Source: Octopus vulgaris (Eukaryota). Taken from it: a DNA stretch of 64,000 nt. A model generated the notes under the pieces. That model ran no database searches. It worked only from the letters and a program-made list of their open reading frames with translations, and was not told the origin of the DNA. Positions 55,457 to 64,000 of this stretch are shown one piece after another; the first letter of the stretch is position 1; each line of letters starts with the position of its first letter. The position numbers and the translations under genes are program-made. Location: NCBI GenBank assembly GCA_951406725.2, contig OX597818.1, positions 59,830,001 to 59,894,000 on the forward strand, written 5' to 3'.

Positions 55457-55875
55457 TTACTCTTTTACTCTTTTACTTGTTTCAGTCATTTGACTGCGGC
55501 CATGCTGGAGCACCGCCTTTAGTCGAGCAACTCGACCCCGGGACTTATTCTTTTTTTGTAAGCCCAGTACTTATTCTATCGGTCTCTTTTGCCGAACCGC
55601 TAAGTGACGGGGACGTAAACACACCAGCATCGGCTGTCAAGCAATGCTAGGGGGACAAACACAGACACACAAACATATACACACACATACATATATATAT
55701 ATAAATATATACGACAGGCTTCTTTCAGTTTCCGTCTACCAAATCCACTCACAAGGCTTTGGTCGGCCCGAGGCTATAGCAGAAGACACTTGCCCAAGGT
55801 ACCACGCAGTGGGACTGAACCCGGAACCATGTGGTTGGTAAGCAAGCTACTTACCACACAGCCACTCCTGCGCCT
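55457..55875 (-). mobile_element. SINE family A, full length, near consensus
   Basis: Complete head, body and (GAGTAAAA)n tail. Confidence 0.94.
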
Positions 55876-56248
55876 ATTGATTTTTGTGAAAGAACAGGAA
55901 ACCAAACTAAAAGTAATCGAAAATATAAACAATGGGAATGAACCGCTGATGGCGCTTTCGGATTTTGTAAAGAGCAGAGTTTAGTAGTATAAAATCTTTT
56001 ATTAATTGATGCAATTCAAAGTGATGGATAAGTGTAATACAATTTCCAAACAGACACGTTGATCATTTTTTTTTTACCTTCAAGCGCTTTGCTGTGTTGA
56101 GCATAATTTTATTTGTTCCTGATAAGCACTGTACTAAAGTAGCATGTGGATGCTTGTGCGCGGGTGTGTGAGTGTCTGTGTTTGCGACGGCATGTGTGTG
56201 TGAGTTTTGGGATTTGTGTACATACGTGTATACATACATACATGTATA

Positions 56249-56430
56249 TAAGGCGGTGAGCTGGCGGAAACGTTAGCACGCCCGGCGAAATGCGTAGCTG
56301 TATTTCGTCTGCCGCTACGTTCTGAGTTCAAATTCCGCCGAGGTCGACTTTGCCTTTCATCCTTTCGGGGGTCGATTAAGTAAGTACCAGTTACGCACTG
56401 GGGACTTAATCCGTTTGTCTGTCCTTGTTT
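56249..56430 (+). mobile_element. SINE family B
   Basis: Family B head. It is flanked by a ~33-bp direct repeat, tacatacgtgtatacatacatacatgtatata. Confidence 0.88.
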
Positions 56431-56465
56431 GTACATACGTGTATACATACATACATGTATATATA

Positions 56466-56770
56466 TCACGTGATCACGTGACCGACCAGTCCATCAGATG
56501 TAGTTACACATCGCTGGTCACAATGCGTTCGCATTGTTTTAGCCTTCGAATGACGCCACCCCGCTGGCTAAGCGAGCAGGCCAACAGAAGAAAGAGTGGG
56601 AGAAAGAGTGGTGAAAGAGTACAGCAGGGATCACTACCCCCTGCCGGAGCCTCGTGGAGGTCTTAGGTGTTTTAGCTCAATAAACATTCACAACGCCTGG
56701 TCTGGGAATCGAAACCGCGATCCTACGACTGCGAGTCCGCTGCCAAAACCACCAGGCCATTGCGCCTCCA
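56466..56770 (-). mobile_element. SINE with family C head and a different 3' end (…tcacgtgatcacgtga)
   Basis: ggaggcgcaatggcctggtgg head on the minus strand. The 3' half differs from the other family C copies. Confidence 0.82.
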
Positions 56771-56773
56771 AAC

Positions 56774-56857
<84 letters not shown>

Positions 56858-56877
56858 TAAAATATATATCTATATAT

Positions 56878-57282
56878 TCTTTTACTCTTTTATTTGTTTC
56901 AGTCGTTTGACTGTGACCATGCTGGAGCACCGCCTTTAGTCGAGCAAATCGACCCCAGGACATATTCTTTGTAAGCCTAGTACTTATTCTATCGGTCTCT
57001 TTTGCCAAACCGCTAAGTTACGAGGACGTAAACACACCAGCATCGGTTGTCAAGTGATGTTGGGGGCACAAACACAGACATACAAACACACACACACACA
57101 CACAGATATATACATATATACGACGGGCTTCTTTCATTTTCCGTCTGTCATCCACTCACAAGGCTTTGGTCGACCCGAGGCTATAGTAGGAGACACTTGC
57201 CCAGGGTGTCCTGCAGTGGGACTGAACCCGGAACCATTTTGTTGGTTAGCAAGCTACATACCACACAGCCACTCCTGCGCCT
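56878..57282 (-). mobile_element. SINE family A
   Basis: Family A motifs on the minus strand. Confidence 0.9.
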
Positions 57283-57798
57283 ATATAGTATACAAAAAAT
57301 AAACATCAGCATTCTTATATGTGTATGCATAATCACACACGTACACATACATATGTACTTCCACACACAAACACACACATATCTATATTATTTCTCTACG
57401 TATTTCGGTATTATACTCATATGGTTTTCTCTCACGTGTTCACTTCTACTAATCTACTTCATTTTCAAAACTATTTTTGTCAAAATAAATTAAATTATTT
57501 CACTTTTAATATAAGTCTCACTATAATATTAATCCGATCGCCTATTGTTGTTGTCTTATAGTGATTATAATTTCAACGGCTACCACCTCTGAAGCTGTAT
57601 ATCGCTGATAATATGTGCAAAATGGCTTCATTCAAAACGGTTTGGTATTTTCCTTCTTTTTTTTTACCAGTCCAGAATATACTGTATTTAAATAACAAAT
57701 TAGCAATTAGGTGCGTGAAACCATTTGAAGTCGATATATTATCTTAAACATAATTAATCACTTAATTCTTAATCCAGACCCAAAAATAGACAACTGTA

Positions 57799-57844
<46 letters not shown>

Positions 57845-57944
57845 TTGTATGTGTGTGCTTTTGTGTATTTGTGTGTGTTTGTGTTTGAAGGCGTGGCTGT
57901 GTCGCGTGGCTGTGTTTGTGTTTGCAGGCGTGGCTGTGTACAGC

Positions 57945-58097
57945 CATGAAACGATCGTAGTGTTTTACTCTTTATCTTTTATTAAACTTTTAATACTTTT
58001 GATATATATTTAAAATAATATAAATTAATTAATTTTATGTATTTGCTTATGTTTTTCATTGTTTGATTTGCCTAATAGTGGTTTTATCTCTAAATTA

Positions 58098-58106
<9 letters not shown>
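57945..58106 (+). mobile_element. Single arm of the 48374 fold-back family, starting with the 3' half of a hammerhead
   Basis: 57990-58106 matches the arm of the 48374 element. It begins with GAAAC-gatc-GTA (57948-57959). Confidence 0.72.
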
Positions 58107-58144
<38 letters not shown>

Positions 58145-58182
58145 TGATCAAAATAAAATAAAAACATGATGCGAAGGATTCA

Positions 58183-58260
58183 GCGGTACATATGTTTCGG
58201 GCCTTTATTAGACAGATTTATAACAATGCATAATGTATGTCTGTGGCCTTCTTCAGCCGC
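58183..58260 (-). ncRNA. Type I hammerhead ribozyme (mirror copy)
   Basis: Exact reverse complement of 62029-62106. Confidence 0.88.
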
Positions 58261-59989
58261 GCACAACAGCTTCCACAAGGACATGTGTTACATCAAAAAT
58301 TCTTGGTTGGGGATGCAAATCCTCTCATTCGCGAACGACATAATGCGGCAGCAGCATAGAATTGAAGCGTCCATCTCTTTCTTCTCTCAATGTAGAATGA
58401 GGAAAATTGGATGTTGAGGTAATGTAAATAAATAAATACATATATAGACGTGAAGATGGAGGGGCGAGAATTCGGGACGAGGGATAAAAAATGTATAAAA
58501 GGTGTAAGTATAGAAAAATATAAAAATGTAGAGCGTAAAGATATAAAGAGTTATAAGGAGATGTAAAGGGGGTATAAAGAATATAAAGAAATATTAAGAA
58601 ATATAAATAAATGTAAAGGCATAAGGTTATAAAGTAAAAATAGAAATAGAAATAAAAGTAAAAAAACATGATAAAAACATGATAAAAATGTAAAAGAATG
58701 TAAAGATAACGGATGTATAGAGGTTACGGACCAAGCATGGTGGTCAGGAGATTGATAAAATTTAGTTGTAGAATTGTCAGTAAATCAACAGTTTCGTCTG
58801 GGGACCTAATGTGTTGTAAATCAGAGCTGATGAGCATTTAATCTGGTTCCTTGAATTAAATGGACTTCTAGTACATACATATCATCATGGATACATACAC
58901 CCACATACACGCGTACATATACGCCTCCAAGCCTATAAGCATACACACGCACTCGCGTGTAAACATGTACATAAACACACACGCACCCACACGCACGCGC
59001 GTACGCATACATACATACAACAGAATATCCGCATGTATACACGGACACTATACGCGTACACACTCACATGTACATACGCGCGCCCATCCCTACATACACA
59101 CACGTATATGCCCACGCCTCTAGGTCTAGATATAAGATATTAAAGGATGTATATAAGAACGTATGTAAAAAACGTATGTAAAAAATCACGTACTCATGTC
59201 TATACGTGCACGCACACACGGCTGTGTGTCCGTATGTGCGTGCACATATACACTCATATACACACACAGAGACACACGCGCATATGGGTATAGCTATAAG
59301 ATATCGAAATATGTATGTACATATATGCGCGTGCATATGTATGTATGCGTATACACACGTACGCGGACGCTCGTATAGTCAAAAAGTGGATCCATAGGTA
59401 AGTAAATAAACATATATAGAGGTGTAAAGCGATAAGTTAGGGGTAAGAATGAGGGTAAGGGTAAAAATTAGAAATAAAAAATACAGTATAAAATAAGAAA
59501 TACAATGTAATAGTTAGAAATGAAATATAAGAATTATAAAAATTATAAGAGTTAAGGTAAGGGATGAAAATAAAAATGAGAATAAATGGAAGTAGAATAA
59601 AAGTAAAAATAAAAATAAATGGAAGTAGGATAAAAGTAAAAATAAAAGTAAAAATAAGAATAAAATAAAATAAGATAAAAATATAATTTGGTAAAGTTTA
59701 ACATGAGATGAAGGTGGTTGAAAGTTAGAGGTGTGTGTTAAACGTAGGGGCGGGCGGGGGGAACTGAAAATTGGAAGGGTGGGAAGTGGAGTTTGGCGGT
59801 GTGCGTTCAACATCCGAGTTAGAAATGTGAAAGGGTATAGATATAGGGAATTAAAGAGACTATATAGGGAGGATATGGGTGTAGGAGAAGAAATATTTAG
59901 GGAAAAGAAGTCATATATGGGAGACAAAATTTGTATATATAGGAGGAAAATGCAGGGAACCGTATATGCACATACACACACCCACACGC

Positions 59990-60029
<40 letters not shown>

Positions 60030-62028
60030 GTACACATATGTGCACATACACATACATACACACACACATACGCATATACACGCACATATAGGAAAGCGGG
60101 ATGTGTTGGAGCCGACAGGTTGCACCGGGTGGGAGGAAATTGCATTGGGGAGTTGGTATAAGACCTAAGCTTTGTACACATCCCGCTTTCCTATATGTGC
60201 GTGTATATGCGTATGATTGTGTGTATGTATGTGTATGTGCACATATGTGTACGTATGTGTACATATATATATATATATACATGTGCGTGTGTGTGTGTGT
60301 GTGTGTGGGTGTGCGTATGTGCATATACGGTTCCCTGCATTTTCCTCCTATATATACAAATTTTGTCTCCCATATATGACTTCTTTTCCCTAAATATTTC
60401 TTCTCCTACACCCATATCCTCCCTATATAGTCTCTTTAATTCCCTATATCTATACCCTTTCACATTTCTAACTCGGATGTTGAACGCACACCGCCAAACT
60501 CCACTTCCCACCCTTCCAATTTTCAGTTCCCCCGCCCGCCCCTACGTTTAACACACACCTCTAACTTTCAACCACCTTCATCTCATGTTAAACTTTACCA
60601 AATTATATTTTTATCTTATTTTATTTTATTCTTATTTTTACTTTTATTTTTACTTTTATCCTACTTCCATTTATTTTTATTTTTACTTTTATTCTACTTC
60701 CATTTATTCTCATTTTTATTTTCATCCCTTACCTTAACTCTTATAATTTTTATAATTCTTATATTTCATTTCTAACTATTACATTGTATTTCTTATTTTA
60801 TACTGTATTTTTTATTTCTAATTTTTACCCTTACCCTCATTCTTACCCCTAACTTATCGCTTTACACCTCTATATATGTTTATTTACTTACCTATGGATC
60901 CACTTTTTGACTATACGAGCGTCCGCGTACGTGTGTATACGCATACATACATATGCACGCGCATATATGTACATACATATTTCGATATCTTATAGCTATA
61001 CCCATATGCGCGTGTGTCTCTGTGTGTGTATATGAGTGTATATGTGCACGCACATACGGACACACAGCCGTGTGTGCGTGCACGTATAGACATGAGTACG
61101 TGATTTTTTACATACGTTTTTTACATACGTTCTTATATACATCCTTTAATATCTTATATCTAGACCTAGAGGCGTGGGCATATACGTGTGTGTATGTAGG
61201 GATGGGCGCGCGTATGTACATGTGAGTGTGTACGCGTATAGTGTCCGTGTATACATGCGGATATTCTGTTGTATGTATGTATGCGTACGCGCGTGCGTGT
61301 GGGTGCGTGTGTGTTTATGTACATGTTTACACGCGAGTGCGTGTGTATGCTTATAGGCTTGGAGGCGTATATGTACGCGTGTATGTGGGTGTATGTATCC
61401 ATGATGATATGTATGTACTAGAAGTCCATTTAATTCAAGGAACCAGATTAAATGCTCATCAGCTCTGATTTACAACACATTAGGTCCCCAGACGAAACTG
61501 TTGATTTACTGACAATTCTACAACTAAATTTTATCAATCTCCTGACCACCATGCTTGGTCCGTAACCTCTATACATCCGTTATCTTTACATTCTTTTACA
61601 TTTTTATCATGTTTTTATCATGTTTTTTTACTTTTATTTCTATTTCTATTTTTACTTTATAACCTTATGCCTTTACATTTATTTATATTTCTTAATATTT
61701 CTTTATATTCTTTATACCCCCTTTACATCTCCTTATAACTCTTTATATCTTTACGCTCTACATTTTTATATTTTTCTATACTTACACCTTTTATACATTT
61801 TTTATCCCTCGTCCCGAATTCTCGCCCCTCCATCTTCACGTCTATATATGTATTTATTTATTTACATTACCTCAACATCCAATTTTCCTCATTCTACATT
61901 GAGAGAAGAAAGAGATGGACGCTTCAATTCTATGCTGCTGCCGCATTATGTCGTTCGCGAATGAGAGGATTTGCATCCCCAACCAAGAATTTTTGATGTA
62001 ACACATGTCCTTGTGGAAGCTGTTGTGC

Positions 62029-62106
62029 GCGGCTGAAGAAGGCCACAGACATACATTATGCATTGTTATAAATCTGTCTAATAAAGGCCCGAAACATATG
62101 TACCGC
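62029..62106 (+). ncRNA. Type I hammerhead ribozyme
   Basis: gcgg-CTGAAGA-a-ggcc-[acaga...tctgt...]-ggcc-c-GAAAC-atat-GTA-ccgc. Stem I is gcgg/ccgc, stem II is ggcc/ggcc, and stem III is the palindrome ACATATGT. The predicted cut is after 62102. Confidence 0.88.
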
Positions 62107-62213
62107 TGAATCCTTCGCATCATGTTTTTATTTTATTTTGATCAATTTACTCCACCACCTACACCACCAAACGGTATACACAGGTGCTTATAATTATCAA
62201 GTACTCACCCCGA

Positions 62214-62267
<54 letters not shown>

Positions 62268-62346
62268 GTATTTATATACATATATGTATATATATATGTA
62301 AATATATATATGTATGTATATATGCATGTATGTATGGACGTATGTA

Positions 62347-63551
62347 TTAGGTTGTTTAACATGAAATGTCGTATTTGAAAGGTAACAATAAAATGTCTCA
62401 GAAGTGTTAGAGAACTGATTTATTTAATCAAAGTATGATCCATTTATGACGTTTATGACGTTTACCCAACGTTTCTCTATGTCATATATTCCATCTTTAA
62501 AAAAATAAATTCATCTTTTACTGTGATAAACTGTCCGAATGCTTCAATTACCTCTTCTCTATTTAAGATTGTTTTATTGGTTACGAAAAGCTCAAAATGC
62601 TTAAATAAGTGATGATCAGTAGGAGAGATACCAGGGGAATAGGAAGGATGTTGCAAATTGTCATCATTCAGGCTTTACAACTTTTGGAGCGTAGCTTGAG
62701 GAGTGTGAGAACGTGCATTGTCGTGGAGTAAAATTGGGCCATCTCTATTCTTCAGTCTGGGTTGCTTCTTTTTCAAATTCTTATGCATACAATCAATTTC
62801 CTGACAATACGATATTACTGTTACCATTTTTCGTTCTTGTAAAAATGAATAATGAATAACTCTCTTCGCAGACCACAATACAGTGACCACTAACTTTTTA
62901 AGGTGCAATGGTACGTTTTAGGTGGTATTTAGGTGACTCTCCTGCATCTAATCACTGTCCTGTTCTTCTGCTGTTGTCAAAGAGTATCCATTTCTCATCA
63001 CATGTAATGATTCTATGCAAAAAGGGTTCTTTTTCCAGTCGAGAAATCAATAAGAAACACTTTTTTTTTAAATCTCGTTCAGCTGGTGTAGAACAAACCT
63101 ATCCGTTTTCTTGTCTTGTTTGGAGTTCTGATGAAAATTTAGGAACCTTTGTTTTCGGATTTTGTTCAACCAAATTTATGTATCCATCATGCCGAATAAC
63201 TGATTTTGGCCTACCCCTTGGTTTATTTTCAAGGCTATCATCTCCTGAACGAGAGCTTTCGAAACATCTCTGAACAGTTCTGATGTCAACAAAACCATTA
63301 CCAAAGGCCCGCTTGATATTCCGTAGAACTTCTTCGACATAGTGACCCAGTTTGTACTCATACGAGAAAATCACTCAACATAGTTTTGTTATTATCATTT
63401 TCATGGGGTCTGTGGGTACGAATATTGCATACCAATATTGTTGGGGAAAGAAAATGACTCAAGATTAAAGGTAAGGTATATATAACTCAGTTTTTAAATG
63501 ACTGAAATAAAAAGTAATTAAAAATGCAACATTTCATGTGAAACAACCTAA
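62347..63551 (-). mobile_element. Near full-length mariner transposon with decayed transposase
   Basis: TIRs ttaggttgtttaacatgaaatgt / ttaggttgtttcacatgaaatgt, TA on the left flank. HTH region ...LENKPRGRPK, PILLHDNARSH and HPSYSP motifs, with frameshifts. Confidence 0.93.
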
Positions 63552-63582
<31 letters not shown>

Positions 63583-63601
63583 GTGTATGCATGCATGTAT
63601 G

Positions 63602-63632
<31 letters not shown>

Positions 63633-63751
63633 AATATATGTATATATATGTATAAATATGTATATATATATATGTATGTAGGTAGGTATGTTTGTATATA
63701 TATGTATATGCATGTATATATATATATATATATGTTTATTATATGTATATA

Positions 63752-63783
<32 letters not shown>

Positions 63784-64000
63784 CATACATATGTTTATTA
63801 TATGTATATATATATGTATATATATATATGTATATTATATATGTATATATATATATGTATGTTATATATGTATATATATATACGTGTATATATATATGTA
63901 TATATATGTATATATATGTATACATATATGTATATATATGTATACATATATGTATATATATATATATATGTTTGTGTGTGTTTGTGTGTGTGAGTGTGTG
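63552..64000. repeat. Compound (TG)n/(TA)n microsatellite
   Basis: Directly visible. Confidence 0.95.

Larger units (their letters stand above)
58140..62216 (+). mobile_element. 4-kb fold-back PLE-type element: ~1.97-kb inverted arms, 69-bp spacer, 67-bp tail, inserted in (TA)n
   Basis: 58140-60106 is the inverse of 60176-62149, and mirrored ORF-track pairs are identical (58166..58417/61872..62123 etc.). The tail is 62150-62216. Confidence 0.93.

Noticed and set aside
61400-61470. VLEVHLIQGTRLN in the palindrome arm as the end of a GIY-YIG domain
   Set aside because: Too short, and embedded in low-complexity sequence. It cannot be distinguished from chance.

Overview
AT-rich, microsatellite-dense animal DNA. 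The SINE families and (TA)n/(CA)n load look like an octopus genome; this is inference. No convincing intact host protein-coding gene is present, and most ORF-track entries are translated microsatellites or SINEs. Bases 1-16388 recur near-identically at 24424-41091 across a 100-N gap, probably as an uncollapsed haplotype. The window holds three tRNA-derived SINE families, a 5'-truncated CR1-like LINE, mariner/Tc1 relics, non-autonomous Helitrons, and Penelope-like element (PLE) RT and GIY-YIG relics. The most striking signal is a set of at least five unrelated-looking fold-back insertions in (TA)n tracts. They share one architecture: head-to-head inverted arms plus a 60-110 bp unpaired tail on one side. 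Two of them, a 4-kb palindrome at 58140-62216 and a 200-bp palindrome at 52750-53020, carry mirror-image type I hammerhead ribozymes. Further solo or decayed hammerheads lie nearby.
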